A stretch of DNA of 64,000 bases from Pseudobdellovibrionaceae bacterium. GTDB taxonomy: Bacteria; Bdellovibrionota; Bdellovibrionia; Bdellovibrionales; Bdellovibrionaceae. Positions 47,304-56,775 of the stretch are shown here, piece after piece (position 1 is the stretch's first letter; each line of letters opens with the position of its first letter). The stretch covers positions 21,323 through 85,322 of the forward strand of contig JBDHWW010000008.1 of NCBI GenBank assembly GCA_039810425.1, in the 5' to 3' direction. The notes below the pieces were generated by a model, which made no database searches, was not told the DNA's origin, and worked only from the letters and a program-made list of their open reading frames with translations. Made by a program: the position numbers and the translations under genes.

Positions 47304-47891
47304 ATGGCAAAGCGCTCCTCCCGAACCGGGCAGAAATATGAAAAACCCGGATCTACTGGTCCTTTGAGGGCCTCCGAGCTGAGACGAATGTTTCAGTTCG
47401 GAGGCCCATTGCTCAAGAAAAGCAACGCCAAAACCGCCCGCCCCCTCAGCACCAAAAAGGCCATGCATGTGGTTTTGCAGTCGTCGAGGGCAACGGGTGA
47501 GTGGTCTTTACGGAATCTGCGGAATCAAAAGATCGTGGAACGAATACTGAGGCGGCTCGCCAAAGAATATAGCATCAAAATTCACGAATTCGGCAATGCC
47601 GGGGACCACTTGCATCTGCTAATACGGCTTAAAAACCGGGCAAGTTTTGCGCCTTTTATAAGGGCTTTGAGTGGCATGATCGCCCTGCAGGTGACGAAGG
47701 CAAATAAGCTTACGAAGCTGAAGGAAAAGTTCTGGGATTGCCGTCCCTGGAGCCGAATTTTAGAACTCAAAAGGTCCTATTCCTTGGCCAAAGATACATT
47801 GATACAGAACCACCTCGCGGCCATAGGTTATCTCGCCTATCGGCCGCGAACCCTTTATGAAAGTTACTTCCTCAAAGGTGCACCAAGTTGA
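47304..47891 (+). CDS. IS200/REP-associated Y1 (HUH) transposase-like protein
   Basis: 'RPLS.K..MHVVL.S', HUH 'GDHLHLLI', 'KFW..RP.SRI'. Confidence 0.7.
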   Translation: MAKRSSRTGQKYEKPGSTGPLRASELRRMFQFGGPLLKKSNAKTARPLSTKKAMHVVLQSSRATGEWSLRNLRNQKIVERILRRLAKEYSIKIHEFGNAGDHLHLLIRLKNRASFAPFIRALSGMIALQVTKANKLTKLKEKFWDCRPWSRILELKRSYSLAKDTLIQNHLAAIGYLAYRPRTLYESYFLKGAPS

Positions 47892-49510
47892 CGAAGTTTT
47901 TCTTGGGAGCTCCAGGCGAAGACAGAGGATATCCCTGAACCATCATTCAGCCATTCCATCAAATCCAGCCGCGCTTTCCACGGATCTTTCCCCATCAGAA
48001 GTGAAGCATCCGGCTGAAAACTCAAGATGTTTGACTGATTCGGATCAAACGGCATCCAGGTGGGTTGCCCGGTACCATTCGGGTCGCCTGTCTTTGCAAA
48101 AACGCTGACGTAGTTATTGAGCATGCTTCCCATGGATTGGTCGGCGGAGGAAACATCTTTGCCATAGCGGACGTCGAGTGTTTCAAACAGGAATGGCAAT
48201 TCACTCGCGTGAGTCGCGCCCTTCGCACTGGATTTCGCGACATCTGCCACATAGTAGAAGCGATAAACCCAAGTTTTATTTCCAGCAGTCGTCATGGCTT
48301 TTGCCGCAAATCTTGCGGGCTCGTTCATCAATTGGTCAGAACCGACTTCTTGATTGATCTCATCTGCAGGTTTCTGCCCGTCAGGATCATAGACTGCGCG
48401 GGCCTCCACAGATTTCTGCCCAAAGAGCGAAAATACATCCTCTTTGCTTTTACCCATCAGAATCGAGGCATCCCGCCCCGTGGTTCCGATCACAAGTGGA
48501 ATCTTCGCAGCTTTTCCGTCACGAAAAACAGTCTGGGGCTGTTTAAGAAAGATCTTGCCATCAACAATGGGCCCACCAGCATAGATCTTCGCTTCGCTTC
48601 CTAAAAACAGCGAAGTCAGGTTCAAATCGCCGCGAATATCTTCAGCCGGCAATAATCGCAGGGCCGCTAAGGCCTGTACTCCGGCGCCTTGAATTCCATG
48701 AGCTACGGCAAAATTCACTCCGGTATCTTCCGCCGTCATTGTCGGTCCAGTATTGAGTTTCAATCCACCAAGGACCGTGTTGCGCCCGCCGCCTGACATA
48801 ACAACGGCGCGATCAAAAAGTTTTTTGTCCGCCTGCGAAGTCATCAATGCCAAAACGGAGATCCCTCCGGCGGACTCCCCGATCGCCGTCACCTGATTGG
48901 GATCGCCACCAAAGGCTGTGATATTTCGGCGAATCCACTGAAAGGCATAAATCTGATCCATCAAGCCGTAATTTCCAAGCGCGCCCTCTTGCGCAGCTGT
49001 CAGTGCTGGATGCGCGAAGAACCCGAATCTTCCCAAGCGATAATTGAAGCTCACGAAGATCACTCCTTTGCGTGCGAAGCTCGATCCATCATAAATCGCG
49101 GGTGAAGATCCACCATTGACGAAACCTCCGCCATAAATCCACACAAGCACCGGAAGAGCCTGTCCCATCGGCACAATGGCTGGTCGCCAAACATTCATGT
49201 AGAGACAATCCTCAGACGGAGTCGTTCCCGCAGGAGCGGCATCTTGCGGATCCGGTTTCTGCATACAATCCGCTGCAAAGTCCATGGTTTTACGCACGCC
49301 AATCCAAGCGGGCATCGGTTGAGTATCACGCCAGCGGAAATGCCCCACAGGAGGAGCCGCGTACGGAATTCCTTTAAATGACATGACATCAAGATTTACC
49401 GAACCCTCGATAAAGCCCGTATCGAGCTCAACGACGGTTGCTCTCTTTGGCTCAGCAGCCATGACTCCAGCAAAGATCAACAGACTCAATACCACGAGGT
49501 AGATTTTCAT
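47864..49510 (-). CDS. Carboxylesterase type B (secreted)
   Basis: 'FKGIPYAAPPVG', 'SEDCLYMNVW', 'GESAGG', 'HASEL'. Confidence 0.92.
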   Translation of the reverse strand: MKIYLVVLSLLIFAGVMAAEPKRATVVELDTGFIEGSVNLDVMSFKGIPYAAPPVGHFRWRDTQPMPAWIGVRKTMDFAADCMQKPDPQDAAPAGTTPSEDCLYMNVWRPAIVPMGQALPVLVWIYGGGFVNGGSSPAIYDGSSFARKGVIFVSFNYRLGRFGFFAHPALTAAQEGALGNYGLMDQIYAFQWIRRNITAFGGDPNQVTAIGESAGGISVLALMTSQADKKLFDRAVVMSGGGRNTVLGGLKLNTGPTMTAEDTGVNFAVAHGIQGAGVQALAALRLLPAEDIRGDLNLTSLFLGSEAKIYAGGPIVDGKIFLKQPQTVFRDGKAAKIPLVIGTTGRDASILMGKSKEDVFSLFGQKSVEARAVYDPDGQKPADEINQEVGSDQLMNEPARFAAKAMTTAGNKTWVYRFYYVADVAKSSAKGATHASELPFLFETLDVRYGKDVSSADQSMGSMLNNYVSVFAKTGDPNGTGQPTWMPFDPNQSNILSFQPDASLLMGKDPWKARLDLMEWLNDGSGISSVFAWSSQEKLRQLGAPLRK

Positions 49511-49656
49511 AGCGTCCCCCATGTCAGAAGCAAACCACAAACTGTCGACGGAGATGCTCCCGCGCTTTCAAGATTTGACGAAAACTTCTCTGCCAAAACT
49601 GTTATCTGCGATAAGTTTTTGAAATGCTTTAGGGAGCCACTCCGTCAGGAGGTTCC

Positions 49657-49947
49657 ATGAAGACAATCATCATTCTTTTTGCTTTTGCTATTTTCGCCGA
49701 ACCTGTTTTTGCCAGAAGGCCGCAGCCCTCTCCGACGCCTTCATGGGGAGTCAACGGAGACTGCGTACAGCTAGGCTGCTTCTATGGTCACTGCGATTTT
49801 GATTCAGACATTCAAGCTGTGACGAAAGCCTGCGAGTTTGTCCAAGACGGAACCTGCGTACGGACTCTCTGCAATCAGAAAAACGACTGCTCAATGCTGA
49901 GCCGCTTTGTGAAATATGCCAACTGGTGCGCCGGCCGGAACTACTAA
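49657..49947 (+). CDS. Small secreted Cys-rich protein
   Basis: AGGAGG SD; signal peptide; eight Cys in the mature part. Confidence 0.6.
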   Translation: MKTIIILFAFAIFAEPVFARRPQPSPTPSWGVNGDCVQLGCFYGHCDFDSDIQAVTKACEFVQDGTCVRTLCNQKNDCSMLSRFVKYANWCAGRNY

Positions 49948-50073
49948 CGGTGTTTGGACGCCATTCTAATTCTAGTATTCAGAAACGCTGGCCCTAAAAA
50001 TGCAAAAAGCGAGATCGGGTTTTCCCTTTCTCGCTTTTCGACTTCAGACTCTTCAATAACCTTGGAGGTCAAA

Positions 50074-50196
50074 ATGAAGAAACTACCTACCAACCATAGG
50101 AAGTTTCGACGTTTTTTGGATTTTTCTAAACGATTGCTAAGTCTAGTTTTACTAGTTCTCGCAATCATTGAACGAATTCTCAGACTGATAGGCTAA
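50074..50196 (+). CDS. 40-aa basic/hydrophobic peptide, type I toxin-like
   Basis: TTGGAGG SD; MKKLPTNHRKFRRFLDFSKRLLSLVLLVLAIIERILRLIG; flanking UTRs are complementary to each other. Confidence 0.55.
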   Translation: MKKLPTNHRKFRRFLDFSKRLLSLVLLVLAIIERILRLIG

Positions 50197-50287
50197 AATC
50201 GGAGGTTAACTCCAACGTGTACACCGACCTAAGAAGGGGCGTAAACCCCGAGGAGCTGAATTCAAGGAAGAGGCTGGGAAAGCCCGC

Positions 50288-50746
50288 TTAGTGCTGCCCG
50301 AGGAAATCCGGAGTCAGCGTCAATTTCATAAGGATGTACTTCTTGTCAGGGTACTTTGAGCTAAAAGTGGCAATTCGCTCTTGCAAAAATTCAGGTGCTT
50401 GATGAGCATCAATCTTTTTAAAACCAACATTGCCATAGAAATCTTCAAGATGAGTATAGGGAATGCAGTAAACTTCAGTGAGGTTTAACTCTTCAACACG
50501 TTGACGGAAACGGTTTAGAATTTCCAAACCCAAACCGCGGCGCTGGTAGCTTTCAGCAACCTGCATGGTTCTTAATGTATACACACCTTCTTCATTGCAA
50601 AGACGAACAGAACCGATGAATTTTTGATCTGCATAAGCCACCACAAGCTCTTCTTCGGCGGCAATCTCTGCTGTGCGCGAATGAGTTTGATAAAATTCGC
50701 TGATTTCATTCAAAATATGCTGAGCTGAGATAACAGAGATTTCCAT
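50288..50746 (-). CDS. GNAT acetyltransferase
   Basis: 'LRTMQV...YQRRGLG', 'FYG.VGF'. Confidence 0.8.
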   Translation of the reverse strand: MEISVISAQHILNEISEFYQTHSRTAEIAAEEELVVAYADQKFIGSVRLCNEEGVYTLRTMQVAESYQRRGLGLEILNRFRQRVEELNLTEVYCIPYTHLEDFYGNVGFKKIDAHQAPEFLQERIATFSSKYPDKKYILMKLTLTPDFLGQH

Positions 50747-50747
50747 C

Positions 50748-51944
50748 TTAAATCCTTTTTTCGTTTTGGCTTTCTTCGAGAGCTTTTGGCAACCACAAAG
50801 CCAATTGAGTAATTTCGTTTTCGTGCTCAGCAAGGAATGCTGTCGGAATCTGAGCCCGATCCTTTGAATCTAGTTCTTTTTTCTGCGCAAGCAACAAGTC
50901 CAAACGAGTCGCGATTTTCTTTAGTATAAAGTCCAGGATCTCTTTCGAAAGCAGCATGAAAGTGATCCAGCTGATTGGAAAATATTCTCCTTTTTGAACT
51001 TCGTCGACTTTCTTCTGAGCAGCAAAGTGACCCCAAGCTAAAACAACGAGCGCCTGGACAACAACGATCGCAAAATACAGACTAAAAAATTGCAAACTCT
51101 TCTCGGTCAGCTGACTACCTTCGAAAGTAAAGCTCCAGGCAAAAGCGTCTCGCAATAAGCCCGCAACAAAAAACGCTACAACCAATCCCACGGAACTTAC
51201 CACGGCGTAGGATTTTGTGATCTCGCGAACATCTTGATTCAATTTACGCGAGCGCCACAACAGCAACCAAACATGACCTAGCATCTCGCCGATGATCAGC
51301 GCAACCGCACCGTTCAACGATAAAGATCCCGCAACGACCAGAACCAGCGCCAAGATCACGGCCCAAGACTCGATACCAATCAAAAGCGTCACAGCAAAAG
51401 CCACTGCCAACCACAGAAGCTGAGCTGGGAAACGGCCGTCAGCCAAAAGGAAGTGCAAATCACTTTCTCCAAGGGTCGTCATCAAAACCGACTGATTCCG
51501 AAGCACCCAGCGCATAGCGATCAACACCAAAGCAAAATCACCAAATGGACGGTACCAAGCCAAAGTGCGCTTGCGCCACATTTCATAAATAGCGCCGGCA
51601 AGCCATGGAAGGAGCAGCAATAGAGGTTCAAACTGCCACGAAAGCAGTATCACCAGCATTGTGGCCCAGGTTCCTGCACTGCTAAGACATAAAAGTAAAA
51701 GAGCATGACTGCGTGAAAAAGCCCGCGAGTTGAGTAAGGCCACGGCGCTATACTGAGTTCGTACAAAACTGCCAACAGAGACTCCGCAGAGTTTCGTGGT
51801 GAGCATTGTTTTCACCTTCGGCGCGGACTCTGGAAGAGCCAAAAATCTTTTTTGTAATCCAGACAGAGCCATACTTGTTGAAATAGCAAACCGACGGAGC
51901 CAATACACTGCTAAAATAAAAGGTCCCAACCACATTAAAATCAT
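50748..51944 (-). CDS. Multi-pass membrane protein, possibly a divergent Na/Pi cotransporter
   Basis: About 9 TM helices; 'QYSA' and 'IIGEMLG' weakly recall Na/Pi cotransporter repeats. Confidence 0.4.
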   Translation of the reverse strand: MILMWLGPFILAVYWLRRFAISTSMALSGLQKRFLALPESAPKVKTMLTTKLCGVSVGSFVRTQYSAVALLNSRAFSRSHALLLLCLSSAGTWATMLVILLSWQFEPLLLLLPWLAGAIYEMWRKRTLAWYRPFGDFALVLIAMRWVLRNQSVLMTTLGESDLHFLLADGRFPAQLLWLAVAFAVTLLIGIESWAVILALVLVVAGSLSLNGAVALIIGEMLGHVWLLLWRSRKLNQDVREITKSYAVVSSVGLVVAFFVAGLLRDAFAWSFTFEGSQLTEKSLQFFSLYFAIVVVQALVVLAWGHFAAQKKVDEVQKGEYFPISWITFMLLSKEILDFILKKIATRLDLLLAQKKELDSKDRAQIPTAFLAEHENEITQLALWLPKALEESQNEKRI

Positions 51945-51946
51945 AA

Positions 51947-52678
51947 TTACCTCATATAGACATCGTAGCGCACGACCTTGCCTTCGTAAGCATGGCGTAC
52001 GCCGGGTAAAAGCTCTTCAGCAGCCAAAGGGCGTTTTACAACGACACGGCTCACCGGCCACTTCATGGCTTCTTCCAGCACGCGAGCGGCATCTTCATCA
52101 TGGCCGACGAGCTCACGAAAGACCACCATCTCTTGCTTTGGCAGAGCGGCTTTTTTCTTGTGCGGATACATAGGGTCAAAAAAGATCGCGTCGACTTCGC
52201 GTGAGCTTTCAGGTGACCGCAAGTACTCGTAACTATCGGCAGACACAAACTGCAGCTTCGACTGAAGCTCTGGCGCACGCCCTAAGGCTTCGTTCAACAA
52301 AACAAACAACAGCTTGGACCTTTCCACCGAGGTCACTTGAAACCCGAGTTGGGTCATAAAGACCGCATCGATTCCCAGGCCGGCTGACAAATCCAGGACG
52401 CGATGAACGCCCTTTGCGTAGCCAAGAGCTTTTGCCAGCAACTCGTTCTTTCCACGCAGACCGCGACGCTGGTAATTAAGATGATCCTTGATGAAATCGA
52501 TCTCAAGCAGCCGTTTTTGCGCATCCACAAGGCGGAGGCCTTCACTGGAAAGCTCTAAGCGGAAAGAAAATTCTTCGCGATCTTCGGGATTCACCGGAAT
52601 CTGCAAGAACTCCGCAAGTCTCTGGGCCTTTGCCGATAAAAATGCTTCCGAAAAAGCAAGACAGGCTAAACTGCTCAT
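51947..52678 (-). CDS. rsmJ: 16S rRNA m2G1516 methyltransferase-like
   Basis: 'ELLAKALG', 'VLDLSAGLG.DA', 'DPMYP.KKK.ALPK.EM', 'RVVVKRP', 'VRYDVY'. Confidence 0.85.
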   Translation of the reverse strand: MSSLACLAFSEAFLSAKAQRLAEFLQIPVNPEDREEFSFRLELSSEGLRLVDAQKRLLEIDFIKDHLNYQRRGLRGKNELLAKALGYAKGVHRVLDLSAGLGIDAVFMTQLGFQVTSVERSKLLFVLLNEALGRAPELQSKLQFVSADSYEYLRSPESSREVDAIFFDPMYPHKKKAALPKQEMVVFRELVGHDEDAARVLEEAMKWPVSRVVVKRPLAAEELLPGVRHAYEGKVVRYDVYMR

Positions 52679-53751
52679 ACCTGCCACTCGGCCCAATACC
52701 AAATATTTTCCAGAGCCCACAGAAAAATCACTACAAGCACCAGGTTGTAACCACGGCGGCGGACGCGCAAAAGATCGGAGCCCGCCGGGCTGTGCAGGTT
52801 GTTAATACCGATAAAGAACGGAAAAGAACTAAACGCCACAGTGGTGCCCACAAACCACGTCCAGAAATTGCCAGCATAGTGCATGTGATACCATATGAAC
52901 ATCGCCAGAAATGAAACCCACCATACTTTGAGTAAGATCTTCGATTTATCAAAGCCCAGCCAGGTCACCGTATTATGGAAACCCGCTTGCGAATTCACCA
53001 TGATGAATTCAAAATTCTTAATATGCTGGAGAAACACCACGAGCCAACCCCACATCACGCCGAGGTACAGAGACTCCAAGTCCCAAGAGCCGGCAATGGA
53101 AATGTGATAGCCTGTCGTCAAAAGGGGGCCGAGCAGCAGGAACACGAAGATCTCGCCACCTTTGTGATATTTGAAAGAGCCCTTTTGCAGAAACTGAGCC
53201 CACATGCCGACAAGGAACGTCAGCATCACAACGCCAATCACCACCGGAAAGGCAAAGATCACAATCACTGCAAGTAAGAGCGACATCACCACAAAGAAAT
53301 TCGCCCAGCTTTTTACCTGCGCAGCCGTCATCCAGCCATTTTGAATCACGCGGCTGCCCGCTTGGGCATTGATACGATCAATGCCCTTCATGTGATCGGT
53401 AAAATCATTGCGAAGGTTCACGGCAATGTAGGCAAACAAGATCCCGAGCGTGCTTAAGACCACCACCAACGGATCACGAATGGTTTTGTCAGCGGTGTTC
53501 TTGACCAAAACAAGGTACATCGGAAAAAGAACCAGTATGAAAGTCCGCACCTTCAAAAGATGCAGCAAGATCACCGGCAGCTTAGGACGCGGGATCTCGT
53601 TGACCGATTTTACTTCAAAGGTGACGGTTTCAAGGGACGAGTTCGCATTCAGAGTCTGTAAAGGCAAAGCGCGCTGGTCCTTTGAAAACGTGCCCAAAAG
53701 ATAAGCCTCAAAATTCGCAGATTTTCTAGAAAGTGTCACGATCTCGCTCAC
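52675..53751 (-). CDS. UbiA/MenA-family prenyltransferase (second paralogue)
   Basis: 'NLRNDFTDHMKGID', 'GSRVIQ.G', 'FKY..GGE..VF...GP'. Confidence 0.75.
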   Translation of the reverse strand: MSEIVTLSRKSANFEAYLLGTFSKDQRALPLQTLNANSSLETVTFEVKSVNEIPRPKLPVILLHLLKVRTFILVLFPMYLVLVKNTADKTIRDPLVVVLSTLGILFAYIAVNLRNDFTDHMKGIDRINAQAGSRVIQNGWMTAAQVKSWANFFVVMSLLLAVIVIFAFPVVIGVVMLTFLVGMWAQFLQKGSFKYHKGGEIFVFLLLGPLLTTGYHISIAGSWDLESLYLGVMWGWLVVFLQHIKNFEFIMVNSQAGFHNTVTWLGFDKSKILLKVWWVSFLAMFIWYHMHYAGNFWTWFVGTTVAFSSFPFFIGINNLHSPAGSDLLRVRRRGYNLVLVVIFLWALENIWYWAEWQV

Positions 53752-54704
53752 GACGGCTTCTTTCTCCAGTAGAGAATATCCGTCAAAGGATTCAAATATG
53801 TGAAAAGCTTTTCTTCGCCAGGACGCAAATGAGACTTCAGGCGGTCCATATGATGGAAATAAAGCTGAATGAGTTTTTCGTTAGCCGCATCGAAGGCCTT
53901 CAGCTTCTCATCGAAGTAAGTCTTGCCGCCGATGCTGTTGTAAAAAGAATCCATGTCGCGAGAACGCACCACTTGATCAATCTGGTGGCGAGTCAGGCCC
54001 TTGCAAACAAACGCGCCGAAAGAATTCAAGTAACCTGATTTTAAATCTCCTAAGATCGCTTTGCCTTCGTAGTTCCGTACGTCGTAGTCGAGCAAATCAT
54101 CACTGCGCTGAAAGAGCTGGCCGAGAATCGTGCCCATCTCTTCAAGCGTGCGATGAAGGTCCTCTTCATAGCGCTCCAGCGCGGTAAACGGCGCCCGCAG
54201 GCACCACTTAAACAACGAAGCGGTTTTCAGATTGTGAATACGATCGAGCTGGTCCAATGTAACGAAGAAATCTCCGACCACGGAGTCCTGCAACCACTCC
54301 CCTTCCAGCAAATCCGAAATCACCTGCGAGGTGTATGCAACCAGCTTGATGTTGCCGAAGCTTGAAAGGTTGACCATCACGCGTGCGAGCAAATAGTCGC
54401 CCGCAAGAACCGCATATTCCGGAGTGTACTTCAGCCACGCCGTCGTTTTTCCGCGACGAAGGTGAGAACGGTCTACCAGGTCATCATGCAAAAGAGACGC
54501 ATTATGAATAAACTCTATCGTTTGCGCCAAAAGCAGCTCGGTTTTGGCAGCAATTCTCAAAGAATCGCTCATCATCCAGATCATTTTTGCGCGGAAACCC
54601 TTACCGCCCGAGAACAAATCGTCATAAAGCGAGTTCAATTTGGGAAGATAAGCTGGAAAGTCTTTTGAATCGTAGACTTTGAGATCTATGACATTGCGCT
54701 GCAA
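53748..54704 (-). CDS. Polyprenyl diphosphate synthase
   Basis: 'GGKGFR', FARM 'LLHDDLVD.S.LRRG', 'KTASLF', SARM-like 'FQRSDDLLD'. Confidence 0.9.
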   Translation of the reverse strand: MQRNVIDLKVYDSKDFPAYLPKLNSLYDDLFSGGKGFRAKMIWMMSDSLRIAAKTELLLAQTIEFIHNASLLHDDLVDRSHLRRGKTTAWLKYTPEYAVLAGDYLLARVMVNLSSFGNIKLVAYTSQVISDLLEGEWLQDSVVGDFFVTLDQLDRIHNLKTASLFKWCLRAPFTALERYEEDLHRTLEEMGTILGQLFQRSDDLLDYDVRNYEGKAILGDLKSGYLNSFGAFVCKGLTRHQIDQVVRSRDMDSFYNSIGGKTYFDEKLKAFDAANEKLIQLYFHHMDRLKSHLRPGEEKLFTYLNPLTDILYWRKKPS

Positions 54705-54793
54705 AATAAGCTCCTAGAGTCCGTTTCGGAAGGTCGTAAGATTTCAAATTTATGTGCTTGCTGTCAAGGAGTCCTTCATCTTACAAGTTAAAA

Positions 54794-55219
54794 ATGAGCC
54801 TAAAATTCAAGACCCAAATCCGCATTAAGTTCCGTGAGGCCGATCCAGCCCAAATCATGTATTTCGCTAACATTTTTAGCCTTGCCCATGACACCTTTGA
54901 AGAGTTTATTGTGGCGGCCGGCTACAAGTACCGCGAATGGTTCAGCGCGAACGATCACATAATACCGATTCGTCATGTCGAAGCGGACTACAAAGCCCCG
55001 TTTGTTCCGGGTCAAAATTATGAGGTCACAGCCACGGTCGAGCACCTGGGAAGCACATCTTTCAAAATGAAATACCTGTTTGAACAGAACGGCCGCTTGC
55101 ATGCAACGGTCCACATGGTTCATGCTGTCTTGGATCCTAAAACCAAAGACAAAATGCCGTTGCCGGAAATCATGAAGCAGCGCCTGAGTCCTTACCTTGA
55201 GGCACCTGCCAATGTCTAA
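54794..55219 (+). CDS. Acyl-CoA thioesterase (4HBT-like; possible DHNA-CoA thioesterase)
   Basis: 'F.EADPA.IMYFAN', 'PI..VEADYKAP'; near the men genes. Confidence 0.7.
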   Translation: MSLKFKTQIRIKFREADPAQIMYFANIFSLAHDTFEEFIVAAGYKYREWFSANDHIIPIRHVEADYKAPFVPGQNYEVTATVEHLGSTSFKMKYLFEQNGRLHATVHMVHAVLDPKTKDKMPLPEIMKQRLSPYLEAPANV

Positions 55220-55664
55220 AGCTGAAGCTAAAAATGAGTGGTGGAGAGATGGAGTCCAATTTCAATGCCAGGGTTCGGGCCAGTGTTGCACCTCCCACGG
55301 CGAGTTTGGCTTTGTCTTCATGACTCTCGAGGACCGCCAACGCATGGCCAAGGTTTTGAAAATGCGTACAGCGGAGTTTACAAAAAAATACTGTGAAAAA
55401 ACCGGCGGCATCTATCATCTGATCGAAGAAAAAGGCAAACCAGACTGTCTGTTCCTCAAAGGCAAACGCTGCGGCGTCTACGAGGGCCGTCCCACCCAAT
55501 GCCGTACGTGGCCGTTCTGGCCTGAAGTGATGGAAGCCAAAGCGTGGAAGAAAGACGTGGTCGAGTTCTGCCCAGGCGTCGGTAAAGGTAAAATTTGGTC
55601 CGGCGATGAAATCGAAAAAATTCTAAACGAGCAAATCAAAAGCGAAAAAGGGTTCGGTAAATGA
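55212..55664 (+). CDS. YkgJ-family Cys-cluster protein
   Basis: 'FQC...GQCC', 'CLFL....C.VYE.RP.QCRTWPFW'. Confidence 0.85.
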   Translation: MSKAEAKNEWWRDGVQFQCQGSGQCCTSHGEFGFVFMTLEDRQRMAKVLKMRTAEFTKKYCEKTGGIYHLIEEKGKPDCLFLKGKRCGVYEGRPTQCRTWPFWPEVMEAKAWKKDVVEFCPGVGKGKIWSGDEIEKILNEQIKSEKGFGK

Positions 55665-56710
55665 CAGATTCACAAAAGTGGCTCACCTTAGTCCTCATCG
55701 CAATTACCGGCGGTTTGGTTTATCTTCTCGCGCCGATTTTGATGCCGTTCGTAGTGGGATTTTTGCTGGCATATCTTGGAAACCCGCTGGTGGAACGCTT
55801 GAGCCGCTGGAAACTTCCCCGCGTACTCTCCGTCACCATCGTTTTTGCCGGAATCACTCTCATCTTTTTGATCTTGATCGGCATCTTGGTGCCGTTGATC
55901 CGCGACCAACTCATCTACCTCAATACTAAAATGCCGGATTTCGTGAAGTGGATCAACACCCAAGCGATTCCTTGGATTCAGAAAACATTCCAAGTGGATC
56001 TGATGCATTTCGATGTTGAGGCGTTTACAACGATGCTCACGAACTCGTGGCAAGAGGCCGGCTCCGTTGCTGGTCAAGTGATCGCTCGTATCGCCCAAGG
56101 CGGCATGGCGATTGTCGGGACCTTGGCGAGTATTGCATTGATCCCGGTAGTGGCCTTTTACCTGATGCTCGATTGGCAAAGACTCATGGCCTCATTCTAT
56201 GAGCTCTTACCCCGCCAAATGGAAGGCAACGTTAGAACTATCGCCGGCGAAATCGACGATGTGCTCAGCGCTTTTTTTCGTGGGCAATTCATTGTGATGA
56301 TCTGCTTGAGCCTCGTGTATGGACTGGGCTTGAAAGTCGTTGGTCTTGACATCGCAGTCATCGTCGGTTTGATTGCAGGCCTTGGCAGCATCATTCCTTA
56401 TTTCGGTTTCACTATCGGTATTGTTATCGCGACGATTGCCGCGATCTTCCAGTTCCAGGATTTTCTCCCAGTGGTGTGGGTTTGGACGGTATTCGGTATT
56501 GGACAGATCATTGAAGGCTGGGTCCTGATCCCTTACTTGGTGGGAAATAAAGTAGGTCTGCATCCTGTCGCCGTAATCTTTGCCATCCTTGCCGGTGGCC
56601 AGTTATTCGGCTTCTTCGGAATGCTCCTCGCAATCCCCGCAGCTTCTATGATCGTTGTCTTATTGAGACACGTTCGCCGTAAATACTTCGCCAGCGAACT
56701 TTATAAGTAA
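55661..56710 (+). CDS. AI-2E family transporter
   Basis: 'LAY..NP.V..L', 'IPY.G', 'P..VG.KVGLHP', 'G..G...AIP'. Confidence 0.88.
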   Translation: MTDSQKWLTLVLIAITGGLVYLLAPILMPFVVGFLLAYLGNPLVERLSRWKLPRVLSVTIVFAGITLIFLILIGILVPLIRDQLIYLNTKMPDFVKWINTQAIPWIQKTFQVDLMHFDVEAFTTMLTNSWQEAGSVAGQVIARIAQGGMAIVGTLASIALIPVVAFYLMLDWQRLMASFYELLPRQMEGNVRTIAGEIDDVLSAFFRGQFIVMICLSLVYGLGLKVVGLDIAVIVGLIAGLGSIIPYFGFTIGIVIATIAAIFQFQDFLPVVWVWTVFGIGQIIEGWVLIPYLVGNKVGLHPVAVIFAILAGGQLFGFFGMLLAIPAASMIVVLLRHVRRKYFASELYK

Positions 56711-56775
56711 AAAATGCGAATCGAACGGTTCTTTTTTGTGAACTCGTGACAAAGCCCTTGAGATAGCCGCATTCT

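Noticed and set aside
18757..50222. Shared motif as CRISPR repeats or guide/target pairs of an RNA-guided (TnpB/TldR-like) repressor
   Set aside because: No regularly spaced array and no cas or tnpB-like ORF in the window.
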